Positions 28,770 to 38,073 of a stretch of DNA of 64,000 nt are shown piece by piece. Origin of the DNA: Clostridia bacterium. GTDB lineage: Bacteria > Bacillota > Clostridia > Oscillospirales > CAG-272. The translations under genes and the position numbers were made by a program. The notes beneath the pieces were generated by a model, which ran no database searches, was not told the origin of the DNA, and saw only the letters and a program-made list of their open reading frames with translations. Numbering within the stretch: the first letter of the stretch is position 1; the number at the start of each line of letters is the position of its first letter. Where the stretch lies: positions 7,043-71,042 of the forward strand of contig JAFQFS010000170.1 in NCBI GenBank assembly GCA_017398585.1, in the 5' to 3' direction.

Positions 28770-28862
28770 CCGAAAAGGTTTTGGAAAGGGGACGAGACTT
28801 CCTGCGGAAGTCTCAGGGGAAACCTTTTCCTCAAAAAGGTTTCCCCGAAGAACTCCATTTTA
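28770..28862. repeat. NPR repeat, solo unit with nested mini-hairpin, in the yihY / nfo divergent spacer
   Basis: CCGAAAAGGTTTTGGAAAGGGG flank', inserted hairpin GAGACTTCC-TGC-GGAAGTCTC (28794-28814), GGGGAAACCTTTTCCTCAAAAAGGTTTCCCC hairpin, outer arm GAAGAACTCCATTTTA. Confidence 0.9.
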
Positions 28863-28886
28863 TTTATATTCCGGAGGAGATTGATT

Positions 28887-29744
28887 ATGTTGAAGATCGG
28901 ATGTCATTTGTCGACGGAGGGCGGATATCTCTCGATGGGCGAGCGGATCGCTTCCGTCGGCGGGGATACGTTCCAGTATTTTACGAAGAATCCGAAAGGC
29001 GGGAACCGGAATTTCAAGAAGCCGGATCCGGCGGACGTGGAAGCACTCCGTGTCTTCCTGACGGAGCGCGGGATGACGATGCCCCTTGCCCATGCGCCGT
29101 ACACGTACAACCCCTGTTCGGCGAACGAGGAAGTCCGCCGTTATTCCTGCGACTCCATGCACGACGAACTGCTGTTCCTTGAGGCGCTGCCCGGTTCGCT
29201 GTACAATTTCCATCCCGGCTGTCACACCGGTCAGGGCGTGGACGTCGGTGTGGATTACATTTCCGACATGCTCAACCACGTCCTCTGGGACGGCATGCAC
29301 ACGACCGTCCTGCTGGAAACGATGGCGGGGAAGGGCACCGAGCTCGGCCGCTCCTTTGAGGAGCTGCGCAGGATCATCGACCGCGTGGACGAAGGCCTCC
29401 GCGGCAGCGTCGGCGTGTGTTTTGACACCTGCCACGTCAGCGACGCCGGATACGATATTATCGGTGACCTCGACGGCGTTCTGCGCGAGTTCGACCGTGT
29501 GGTCGGCATCGACCGCATCCGCGCGATCCACCTCAACGACTCCATGAATCCGCCTGCGTCCCGCAAGGATCGCCACGCAAAGATCGGAGAAGGATTCATC
29601 GGTTTTCCCGCGATCACGAATATCATTACCCATCCGTGTCTCCGTGACCTGCCGTTCTATCTGGAAACGCCGAATGAACTGGAAGGTTACGGAAAGGAGA
29701 TCGCTCTTCTGAAGGGCGTTTCCGCGGAATGCGAACAGAAGTAA
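28887..29744 (+). CDS. nfo: Deoxyribonuclease IV (endonuclease IV)
   Basis: 285 aa from ATG at 28887 (GGAGGAG RBS 7 nt upstream); AP endonuclease 2 family, IRAIHLNDS motif. Confidence 0.9.
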   Translation: MLKIGCHLSTEGGYLSMGERIASVGGDTFQYFTKNPKGGNRNFKKPDPADVEALRVFLTERGMTMPLAHAPYTYNPCSANEEVRRYSCDSMHDELLFLEALPGSLYNFHPGCHTGQGVDVGVDYISDMLNHVLWDGMHTTVLLETMAGKGTELGRSFEELRRIIDRVDEGLRGSVGVCFDTCHVSDAGYDIIGDLDGVLREFDRVVGIDRIRAIHLNDSMNPPASRKDRHAKIGEGFIGFPAITNIITHPCLRDLPFYLETPNELEGYGKEIALLKGVSAECEQK

Positions 29745-29755
29745 GGAGTGACGCT

Positions 29756-30046
29756 ATGGACGAAAAAGCACTTTATGAGGCCATGATGCTGGATGAGACG
29801 GATCGTACCCTCCTCGACGGCGATCTCGCGAAGATTGCCGTCATGATCGAACGTGCGGCGGCTGCGATTGACGGTACCGACGGACAGCCGGCAAAGCCCG
29901 ATGCCGCATGGCAGCGGATTGTTCCGGAGTCCGATGCTGCCGCACAGCCGGAGAAGGCGGACGTTGTGACCGCGCAGCATGAAATCCGGCAGAGCGGTAT
30001 CACCGTTCGTGACGGTGTACTGATCGTTCCGCGCGTTGTCGGATAA
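29756..30046 (+). CDS. gatC: Asp-tRNA(Asn)/Glu-tRNA(Gln) amidotransferase subunit C
   Basis: 96 aa from ATG at 29756 (AAGGAG RBS); position before gatA; C-terminal DGVLIVPRVVG resembles the GatC tail. Confidence 0.7.
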   Translation: MDEKALYEAMMLDETDRTLLDGDLAKIAVMIERAAAAIDGTDGQPAKPDAAWQRIVPESDAAAQPEKADVVTAQHEIRQSGITVRDGVLIVPRVVG

Positions 30047-30058
30047 GGAGATATAATT

Positions 30059-31522
30059 ATGAAGAAAAATGATATTCTCGACCTCACTGTCTGTGAGATC
30101 GTCCGGGTGGTGCGGAAACGGGAGCTTTCCGCATCCGACATTCTCGAGGCATACATTGCCTCTGCGGAGAAGACCGACACGGAGGTGAACGCTTATATCA
30201 CAAAAACGTATGACCTCGCCCGTGCGCAGGCACGCCGTGCGGATGAGCGGATTGCAGACGGTGATGTTCCCGTACTCTGCGGCGTTCCGTTCGCCGTGAA
30301 GGATAATTTCGCGGTTTCCGGCGTTCCGATGACCTGTGCGTCGGAGATCCTGCGGGGCTTTGTTCCGCCGTACAGTGCGGCGGCGTACGAACGCGCGGCG
30401 GAAGCCGGCGGACTTCTCCTCGGCAAGACCAACCTCGACGAATTCGCGATGGGGTCGAGCTGTGAAAAGTCTGTGTTCGGCGCGACAAAAAATCCGCTTG
30501 ACCGGAAAAAATCCCCCGGCGGATCGTCCGGCGGTTCTGCGGCGGCGGTGGCGATTCCCTCGGCTGCGTGGGCACTCGCCAGCGATACCGGCGGATCGGC
30601 ACGTCAGCCTGCGGCATTCTGCGGTGTCTGTGCGGTCAAACCGACCTACGGCGCCGTACCGCGTTACGGTCTGACCGAATTTGCCTCATCCCTCGACACC
30701 GTCTGCACGATCACACGGGACGTCCGCGACAGCGCGTACGTTCTGGAGACCCTCGTCGGACGTGACTGCCGCGACATGACGTCCCTCGACCTTGCGGGGA
30801 CGAAGTACACCGAAGGCATCGAAGACGGTGTAAAGGGGCTGAAAATCGCCCTTGTGAACGGTTGGGAGGACTTTGTGGACGATGCTGCCGTGAAGTGTGT
30901 CAAACGTACCGCGGACGTTCTGCGGAAGCTCGGTGCGGACATCGTGACGGTGGATGTACCCTGTCTCGGCGAAGCGGTCGAGATCTATCTGACCGTTTCC
31001 GCCGCCGAAGCATCGTCCAATCTCGCGCGCTACGACGGCATCCGTTACGGAAAAAAGGCGGACGGCGAAAGCGTTGCAGAGATCATGAAGGGGACCCGCA
31101 GCGGCGGATTCGGGGATGAGGTCAAGCGACGTATTCTCACCGGGACGTATGTGCTGTCGTCTGTTCTCACCGGAGACTACTACCGACGCATCAAGGCGGC
31201 GCAGGCGGAGGTCTGCCGCAGGATTTACGATTTGTTCGGAAAAATCGACATTCTGCTCATGCCGACGACCGCCGGTGCTGCATTCGATATAGGCAGTTTC
31301 AACGAAAATCCCACCGATATGTACGGCAGTGACCGTTTCACTGTCATTGGAAATCTGACCGGCTGTCCGGCGATCAGCCTGCCTGCAGGCGGGGACGGAC
31401 ATATGCCTGTCGGTGTGATGCTCATGGGAGACCGCCGTTCGGAACCGATGCTGTACCGTGCGGCGTTTGCTGCGGAAGCGGAACTGAAGGAGTTTGTAAA
31501 GGGGGAGACCGGAAATGAATGA
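30059..31522 (+). CDS. gatA: Asp-tRNA(Asn)/Glu-tRNA(Gln) amidotransferase subunit A
   Basis: 487 aa; amidase signature GGSSGGSAAAVA. Confidence 0.95.
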   Translation: MKKNDILDLTVCEIVRVVRKRELSASDILEAYIASAEKTDTEVNAYITKTYDLARAQARRADERIADGDVPVLCGVPFAVKDNFAVSGVPMTCASEILRGFVPPYSAAAYERAAEAGGLLLGKTNLDEFAMGSSCEKSVFGATKNPLDRKKSPGGSSGGSAAAVAIPSAAWALASDTGGSARQPAAFCGVCAVKPTYGAVPRYGLTEFASSLDTVCTITRDVRDSAYVLETLVGRDCRDMTSLDLAGTKYTEGIEDGVKGLKIALVNGWEDFVDDAAVKCVKRTADVLRKLGADIVTVDVPCLGEAVEIYLTVSAAEASSNLARYDGIRYGKKADGESVAEIMKGTRSGGFGDEVKRRILTGTYVLSSVLTGDYYRRIKAAQAEVCRRIYDLFGKIDILLMPTTAGAAFDIGSFNENPTDMYGSDRFTVIGNLTGCPAISLPAGGDGHMPVGVMLMGDRRSEPMLYRAAFAAEAELKEFVKGETGNE

Positions 31523-32957
31523 CAACATCCGCTACGAAGCCGTCATCGGACTGGAGGTTCACGTCGAACTGAAGACCGGACGGAAGATCTTCTGTACCTG
31601 TCCCGCATCGTTCGGCGCGGAACCGAACACGCAGGTCTGCCCGACCTGTCTCGGAATGCCCGGGACCCTTCCGGTTCTCGACGAAACGGCAGTGGAATAT
31701 GCCGTACGTGCCGGACTTGCGCTGAACTGCCGCATCAACCGGACGTCGTGGTTCGACCGCAAAAATTATTTCTATCCCGATCTTCCGAAGGGGTACCAGA
31801 TCACGCAGAACGACTGCCCGATCTGTCTGGGCGGCGCTGTGCCGATCGAAACGGACGCCGGAAAGAAGCAGATCCGTCTGACACGCATTCACATGGAAGA
31901 GGACGCCGGAAAGCTCATCCATCGCGGCGGCATCTCCGAGATCGACTGCAACCGCTGCGGCGTGCCGCTGATCGAAATCGTCAGCGAACCCGACATGCGT
32001 ACTCCGGACGAAGCGAAGGCGTATCTGAACTCGCTCCGCCGCATTCTGCTGTACCTCGGTGTGTCCGACTGCCGCATGAACGAAGGCTCGCTTCGCTGCG
32101 ACGTCAACGTCTCCGTGCGTCCGCAGGGAAGTGAAGGCTTCGGTGTGAAGTGTGAGATCAAGAACCTTAATTCCGTCAACTACGTCGGCCGTGCGCTCGA
32201 ATATGAGATCGCACGGCAGGTGAAAATTCTTGAAGAGGGCGGCGTTGTCGAATCCGAGACGAGACGGTACAACGAAGACCGCGGAGTCACGGAAAGAATG
32301 CGCAAAAAGGAGACGGTCGTTGACTACCGTTATTTTGCCGAACCCAATCTTCCGCCGCTCTGCATCAGTGAGGAGTACATCGAATCCGTCAAGCGTGCGA
32401 TGCCGAAAATGCCCGACGAACGTGCAGACGAACTGTGTGAAGCGTACGGCCTGCGCCGTGGCATTGCCGAACTGCTCGTTCAGACGCCGCGTCTGGCACA
32501 GTATTTTGAAGACTGCGCAGCGCACACGGCGTACAAGACCATCTGCGCGAATCTGTTCGTCGGTGAGATTTTGCCGGCTGTCGGGGAAGAATGCAGCGAA
32601 ATCTACCTCGATCCGGCGTCCGTCGGGGCGATCAGCACGCTTCTCGGAGACGGAACAATCGTCAGCGGCAATGCAAAACGTCTTATACACCTGTCTAAAG
32701 AGTGCGGCGGGGATCCGAAGACAATTGCCGAAAAAGAGCGGATGATCAAAATCACGGACGAAACCGTCCTTCTTCCGGTTGTCCGCGAGGCGCTCGCGGC
32801 GAATCCGAAGGTTCTCGCGGATGTCCGCCGCGGTAAGGTGTCCGCGAAAAAACAACTGATGGGTCATGTCATGCGCGCGACTTCCGGAGGTGCTGACCCC
32901 ATCCTCACCGAACGTCTCATCGATGCGGTGGTGGAGGAAGCGCTGAACGAAAACTGA
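31515..32957 (+). CDS. gatB: Asp-tRNA(Asn)/Glu-tRNA(Gln) amidotransferase subunit B
   Basis: 480 aa; N-terminal YEAVIGLEVHVELKT and C-terminal YqeY-like domain; overlaps the gatA stop. Confidence 0.95.
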   Translation: MNDNIRYEAVIGLEVHVELKTGRKIFCTCPASFGAEPNTQVCPTCLGMPGTLPVLDETAVEYAVRAGLALNCRINRTSWFDRKNYFYPDLPKGYQITQNDCPICLGGAVPIETDAGKKQIRLTRIHMEEDAGKLIHRGGISEIDCNRCGVPLIEIVSEPDMRTPDEAKAYLNSLRRILLYLGVSDCRMNEGSLRCDVNVSVRPQGSEGFGVKCEIKNLNSVNYVGRALEYEIARQVKILEEGGVVESETRRYNEDRGVTERMRKKETVVDYRYFAEPNLPPLCISEEYIESVKRAMPKMPDERADELCEAYGLRRGIAELLVQTPRLAQYFEDCAAHTAYKTICANLFVGEILPAVGEECSEIYLDPASVGAISTLLGDGTIVSGNAKRLIHLSKECGGDPKTIAEKERMIKITDETVLLPVVREALAANPKVLADVRRGKVSAKKQLMGHVMRATSGGADPILTERLIDAVVEEALNEN

Positions 32958-32964
32958 AAAAAAT

Positions 32965-32997
32965 GAATCTGCCGTAAAATCTACGGCAGATTTTTTT
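32965..32997 (+). terminator. rho-independent terminator after gatB
   Basis: Perfect 11-bp stem AATCTGCCGTA / TACGGCAGATT, 5-nt loop, T-tract. Confidence 0.85.
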
Positions 32998-33345
32998 GAT
33001 AAAATCTCCGCCGGAGATGTAAACCGAATGTGTCCTTTATGTGAATCGAATGTAAAAATATATGCATGAAAATAAGAACATCCGGTGTTTTTTACGAATG
33101 AGTAAAAAGCGGGAACGACATTTGAAACCGGAATTTTTGGTAGGAAAATAATGGTAAAACAAAGAATGGCGGCGAACGGCGCGGAAAAGGGTCGGAAACG
33201 GCGGAAAATGGAAATTGCACACGTTTTGTCGTACTCCGGCGCAGAACGTGAAAATCCGTTGTCGAACGGTGCCGGAAATGACGGGAAAGCGGAGAAAAAG
33301 TCAACTTTAAATAAAAGAATCGCCCGTTTTTTTTGCCCAAACTAC

Positions 33346-33374
33346 TTGCAATTATTAAATCTATAGTATATAAT
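33346..33374 (+). promoter_or_regulatory. sigma-70-like promoter for the dcw cluster
   Basis: TTGCAA (33346-33351), 17-nt spacer, TATAAT (33369-33374). Confidence 0.6.
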
Positions 33375-33455
33375 ATTTAGACAAGATAAAGTGGAGTACC
33401 ATCCGGTTGTGCCTTTGACAGCCGGAAAGAGATAGAGACGGATTCAGGAGAACTA

Positions 33456-34397
33456 ATGGAATTTTCACATATTCCCGTGCTGCTTGACGAGGTGATCGAA
33501 GCCCTCGCGCCGGAGCGCGGCGGGATCTACGTGGACTGTACGGCCGGCGGCGGCGGTCACTCGTCCGAAATCGCAAAACGTCTGCCGGAAGGGTCGCGCC
33601 TGATCTGTCTTGACCGCGACGACGATGCCATTGCGGCATGTTCCGCCAGACTTGCACCCTATGCCGGAAAATGGGAGATCGTCAAGACGAATTTCCGCAA
33701 CATCGGCGCCGCGCTTGACATGATCGGCGTGGATCACGTCGACGGTGTCCTCTGGGATCTCGGCGTGTCATCCCATCAGATCGACACCACGGAACGCGGT
33801 TTTTCCTACACCGGTGAGGAAGCCCCTCTCGATATGCGAATGGACCGCACGGGCGGTCTGTCCGCGGCGGACATCGTCAACACTTATTCCGAGGACGAGC
33901 TCCGCAGGATCATCCGCGACTACGGCGAAGAACGCTTTGCCGGACGCGTTGCGGCGGCGATCGTCGAAAAACGGGATCTGAAGCCTATCGAAACCACCAT
34001 CGAGCTGGCCGACATCATTGCCCAGGCGATTCCGAAGGCACAGCGCATGAAGGAAGCGCAGCACCCTGCCCGCAGAACGTTCCAGGCTCTGCGCATTGAG
34101 ACAAACGGCGAACTCGACGCCATCGAACCTTCCATCCGCGACGCGGTCGCACGGCTGAATCCGGGCGGACGGCTGGCAGTCATTACGTTCCATTCTCTCG
34201 AAGACCGCATCACCAAGGACGTATTCAAGTCCCTTTCCACAGGATGCACCTGCCCGCCGGAATTTCCGGTCTGCGTGTGCGGCGGAAAGCCGGTCATCAA
34301 AACTCTCACAAAGAAACCGATCCTCCCCACCGAGGAGGAACTGAAAATCAATTCGCGCTCCCACAGCGCAAAGCTCCGCACGGCGGAGAAGCTGTAA
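33456..34397 (+). CDS. rsmH: 16S rRNA (cytosine1402-N4)-methyltransferase
   Basis: 313 aa; HIPVLLDEV start and SAM motif DCTAGGGGHS. Confidence 0.95.
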   Translation: MEFSHIPVLLDEVIEALAPERGGIYVDCTAGGGGHSSEIAKRLPEGSRLICLDRDDDAIAACSARLAPYAGKWEIVKTNFRNIGAALDMIGVDHVDGVLWDLGVSSHQIDTTERGFSYTGEEAPLDMRMDRTGGLSAADIVNTYSEDELRRIIRDYGEERFAGRVAAAIVEKRDLKPIETTIELADIIAQAIPKAQRMKEAQHPARRTFQALRIETNGELDAIEPSIRDAVARLNPGGRLAVITFHSLEDRITKDVFKSLSTGCTCPPEFPVCVCGGKPVIKTLTKKPILPTEEELKINSRSHSAKLRTAEKL

Positions 34398-34440
34398 ATC
34401 ACCGGAGCTCAAATCTCATTCGAAAAGGGGGAAGCATGGC

Positions 34441-35367
34441 ATGATGCACGGAAATATGCCGGAATACCGGCTGGCAGAAAAAATGAAAAGCCGTTTCAGC
34501 GGACGCGGCGCGGCAGTGAGCGGAATGCAGGCTTCCACCACGTCCGAACTGATGAAGCGTGCGCAGATGGGCGGGGATCCGTCCGTAAACTGCTCCGAAC
34601 TTGATTTCCGGAACGGCACGAACCGTCCGCGGTACGCGAACGCAAACCGCCCCGTTCACACGGGCAGCTCCGTTTACGCAGGTCCTTCCTACGGCTATGC
34701 GGGTGCCGGGACAACCGTCCGCGGTACGCGTGAACCTGAGCCGTCCGCGGAACGCCGGAAGGTGCGTCCGGAAAACGGCGCGTCCCGCAGCATTCCGGAC
34801 GGCACACGTCCGCAGAACACCGCAAAAAAAACAAAGACCGCATCCGCGGGTGCGGCAAAAACAACAACAAAAAAGCCAAAGGCAAAGACAGCCCGGACCT
34901 CCGGCACGAAACCGAAGACAAAGGTGCGTCCGCAGCCGGTGTATGCTGCGGGAGAGATCACCGAGGTACGCGTGGAAGGAAGACGCATGACCCCCATGTT
35001 TGCCGTCTTTCTTGTGATCGGGACGATGATGATTATGAGCATCGTTCTTAGTTTTTCGGAAATCTATCAGACCACGAGCGAGATCGCTCAGCTGGAAAAC
35101 GACCTTGCCGCTCTCCGTGATCAGGCGGCGGAACTGGAACTGGAGCTGGAAGAAAAGAACGACATCCGCGTCATTGAACAGATCGCGACCGAAAAGCTCG
35201 GCATGGTCAAGGAAGACTCCGTGCAGCGGAAGTACATATCGCTCTCCGACGGCGAGCGGATCGACATCATTGAGGACGAGGACGCGGAAGAAGAAACGGC
35301 TGCGCCCGGGATACTTCTCTCTTCCATCTGGTCTTCCCTCGGCAACCTGTTCGACTATTTCAGATAA
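34441..35367 (+). CDS. ftsL: FtsL-like cell division protein with about 185-aa low-complexity N-terminal extension
   Basis: Single TM helix MFAVFLVIGTMMIMSIVLSF followed by the coiled coil EIAQLENDLAALRDQAAELELELEEKN; position between rsmH and the PBP gene. Confidence 0.6.
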   Translation: MMHGNMPEYRLAEKMKSRFSGRGAAVSGMQASTTSELMKRAQMGGDPSVNCSELDFRNGTNRPRYANANRPVHTGSSVYAGPSYGYAGAGTTVRGTREPEPSAERRKVRPENGASRSIPDGTRPQNTAKKTKTASAGAAKTTTKKPKAKTARTSGTKPKTKVRPQPVYAAGEITEVRVEGRRMTPMFAVFLVIGTMMIMSIVLSFSEIYQTTSEIAQLENDLAALRDQAAELELELEEKNDIRVIEQIATEKLGMVKEDSVQRKYISLSDGERIDIIEDEDAEEETAAPGILLSSIWSSLGNLFDYFR

Positions 35368-35391
35368 AAACGACCGAATACATCGAGAAAA

Positions 35392-35434
35392 AACGGGACT
35401 GTTTCACAGAAGTGCGGGACAGCCCGTTCGTTTT
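35392..35434 (+). terminator. terminator/attenuator-like hairpin between ftsL and the PBP gene
   Basis: AACGGGACTGT ... ACAGCCCGTT stem (one bulge) followed by CGTTTTCG. Confidence 0.35.
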
Positions 35435-35537
35435 CGAATATCCGGCCCGCCGGCGAATATAATTTAACAACGTCAATGAGACGGGACGGCGTCAGACGGC
35501 GCTCTCCCGGGAAGAATATTTTAATAAACAGGGATTT

Positions 35538-37934
35538 ATGAACCGGATCAAAAACAGAACCGAACGTTCCGCAGCGATCAAGATGCTTGTGATCTTCGCC
35601 TGCTTCATCGGGCTGGCGGGACTCATCATCGGACGGCTCGCGGAATATCAGCTGAAGATGTACGACTACTACCAGACCAAGGTACTGAATCAGCTTACGA
35701 TCCAGACCGATGTCACGCCGGAACGCGGGACGATCACCGACCGCAACGGCAACATCCTTGCCACCAATAAGACGGTCTACAATGTCCTCCTATCTCCGCA
35801 GGATATCATCAACCGGGTGGAGAAAGACAAAAAAAGCGTGAAGGAACGTGCGGAATTTCTCCAGAGCAAAGAGTTCCGGGAACTCACGGACGAGGAGAAG
35901 GAAGAAGCGGCAAAGAACCTCTACGTCTATGAGGACGAGGAATACGGCATCTACTGCGACAGCGACGATGTCGTGAGCACCATCACAAAGGTGCTGTCCG
36001 CCTACCTTGAGGCCGACCGGAGCGGGCTGGAAGAAAAATGCGCCAAGGCGGGACGTTACTACGAAGTCGTGAAGAACAACGTCGAAGCCGACCTTGCGGA
36101 GCGCATCGAGGCGTTTATCGCCGAATGCGGTCTCAAACAGGAGATCTACTTCAACGCGTCCTCCAAGCGGTACTACCCGAAGGGTGACCTCGCCTGCCAT
36201 GTCATCGGATTCACGAACTCCGAAGGCGTGGGCATCTACGGACTGGAAGCGTATTACAACAACATCCTCGAAGGCACGTCCGGACGCTACATCCTCGCGC
36301 AGGACGGACGCAAGAACGACATGCCGTTCGCGTATGAGCGGTACATCGAAGCCTCCGACGGCTACAACATCGTTACGACACTGGACATTTACGTCCAGTA
36401 CGAGCTGGAAAATCAGCTCGAAAAGACCTTCTGGGAATCGGGCGCGGCGAACCGTGTCACCGGCATCGTCATGGAAGTCGGCACAGGTGCGGTCCTTGCG
36501 ATGGCGACCTATCCGTCCTTTGACCTGAACGATCCGTACACCATCGACGAATACTCGATGTCCGTACTGGAGGAAGAGGGGCTGAAAGAAGGCACCGAAG
36601 AATACAAGACAAGGTACACCGAGCTGATGTACAACATGTGGAACAACAAGGCGATCACGGAAACGTACGAACCCGGTTCGACGTTCAAGATCATCACCAC
36701 ATCGATGGCTCTGGAAGAACGTGAAGTCACCCCGACCGAAATGTTCTACTGCGGCGGCAGTCTCGTGGTCGAGGGATGGTCAAGACCGATCAGCTGTCAC
36801 GACCACAGCGGCCACGGCAGCGTGACCTTCCGGCGCGGTCTGCAGCAGTCCTGCAACCCCGTGCTGATGACGATCGCGCAGCGCGTCGGCAGAGAAAAGT
36901 TCTACCGGTACTTTGACGCATTCGGGTACATGAACAAAACGGGCATCGACCTCCCCGGTGAGGTCAGCGGCATCTACGCCTCCTACGCGAACTTCTCGAA
37001 CGTTTCGCTCGCGGTTTACTCTTTCGGTCAGACGTTCAAGACCACCCCGATCCAGCAGATCCGCGGTGTTTCCGCGGTGGCGAACGGCGGGTATCTGGTC
37101 ACCCCGCACCTGCTCGGGTCCATCACGGACGACGACGGAAACATCATCCAGACCTACGAGACGGAACAGCTCCGACAGGTTGTCAGCACGGAAACGTGTG
37201 AGACCGTGACGGATATCCTCGAGGAAGGCGTTGCGACGGACGGCGGCGCGGTCAACGCGTACGTCAAGGGCTACCGCGTGGCAGCAAAGACCGGTACGTC
37301 CGAAAAACGGGACGAATTCGACGAATACGGCAATACGCCCTTCCGCGTCGGCTCGACGGTGGCATACGCTCCCGCGGACGATCCGCAGGTGGCGGCGCTG
37401 ATCGTCGTTGACAAACCGCTCAAGAGCGCGGTCTACGGAAGCGTCGTTGCGGCACCCTATATTTCCAATCTCATGGGATACGTTCTGCCGTACATCGGCG
37501 TCGAAGCGCAGTACACCACGGAAGAGCTTGCGAAGCTCGACATCAACCTGTCGAACTACGTGGGCGCGTCGGTGGCGAACGCACAGGCGGATCTGGAGTG
37601 GCGTGACTTCGACTACGAGATCATCGGAACCGGAGACGTCATTACGGCGCAGATCCCCGAAGCGGGTATGACGATCTCGAGTGACACAGGTCTGCTCCTG
37701 CTGTACACCGGCGACGAGACTCCGCAGGCGACCGTGCAGGTTCCCGACCTGATGGGCATGAACGCATACAACGCAAACAACACCGCAATTTCTTACGGTC
37801 TGAACGTAACGTTCACCGGCTCGACGAACGGCACGACCGCAACGGTCATCCGCCAGTCCCCCGAAGCCGGCGCATATGTAACGAGAGGCACGATCGTCGA
37901 GATCGAACTCCGCCACATGGACGGTACGGACTAA
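35538..37934 (+). CDS. Class B penicillin-binding protein (FtsI/SpoVD-type) with C-terminal PASTA domains
   Basis: 798 aa; N-terminal TM anchor; transpeptidase motifs GSTFKI, SCN, KTGTSE; two PASTA-like repeats at the C-terminus. Confidence 0.9.
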   Translation: MNRIKNRTERSAAIKMLVIFACFIGLAGLIIGRLAEYQLKMYDYYQTKVLNQLTIQTDVTPERGTITDRNGNILATNKTVYNVLLSPQDIINRVEKDKKSVKERAEFLQSKEFRELTDEEKEEAAKNLYVYEDEEYGIYCDSDDVVSTITKVLSAYLEADRSGLEEKCAKAGRYYEVVKNNVEADLAERIEAFIAECGLKQEIYFNASSKRYYPKGDLACHVIGFTNSEGVGIYGLEAYYNNILEGTSGRYILAQDGRKNDMPFAYERYIEASDGYNIVTTLDIYVQYELENQLEKTFWESGAANRVTGIVMEVGTGAVLAMATYPSFDLNDPYTIDEYSMSVLEEEGLKEGTEEYKTRYTELMYNMWNNKAITETYEPGSTFKIITTSMALEEREVTPTEMFYCGGSLVVEGWSRPISCHDHSGHGSVTFRRGLQQSCNPVLMTIAQRVGREKFYRYFDAFGYMNKTGIDLPGEVSGIYASYANFSNVSLAVYSFGQTFKTTPIQQIRGVSAVANGGYLVTPHLLGSITDDDGNIIQTYETEQLRQVVSTETCETVTDILEEGVATDGGAVNAYVKGYRVAAKTGTSEKRDEFDEYGNTPFRVGSTVAYAPADDPQVAALIVVDKPLKSAVYGSVVAAPYISNLMGYVLPYIGVEAQYTTEELAKLDINLSNYVGASVANAQADLEWRDFDYEIIGTGDVITAQIPEAGMTISSDTGLLLLYTGDETPQATVQVPDLMGMNAYNANNTAISYGLNVTFTGSTNGTTATVIRQSPEAGAYVTRGTIVEIELRHMDGTD

Positions 37935-37940
37935 GGAAGA

Positions 37941-38010
37941 GAGAGTTTTCTCGGGGAAAACTTTTTCGAGAAAAAGGTTTTCCCCGAACCCCTTTCAAAA
38001 AGCTTTAAAC
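37941..38010. repeat. NPR repeat, solo unit between the PBP gene and murE
   Basis: GAGAGTTTTCTC outer arm + GGGGAAAACTTTTTCGAGAAAAAGGTTTTCCCC hairpin + flank CCCCTTTCAAAAAGCTTTAAAC. Confidence 0.9.
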
Positions 38011-38073
38011 TGGTTAAATAAAAAAATATAGGATTTCCAAAGATTCAATTCATTTCATTTCGGAGGAAATTCT

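Noticed and set aside
33151-33366. The 71-aa ORF in the spacer upstream of rsmH as a degenerate mraZ.
   Set aside because: It has no resemblance to MraZ (no DxKGR / SpoVT-AbrB repeats) and no RBS. It runs across the predicted dcw promoter. Its composition reflects the GGAAA-rich DNA.
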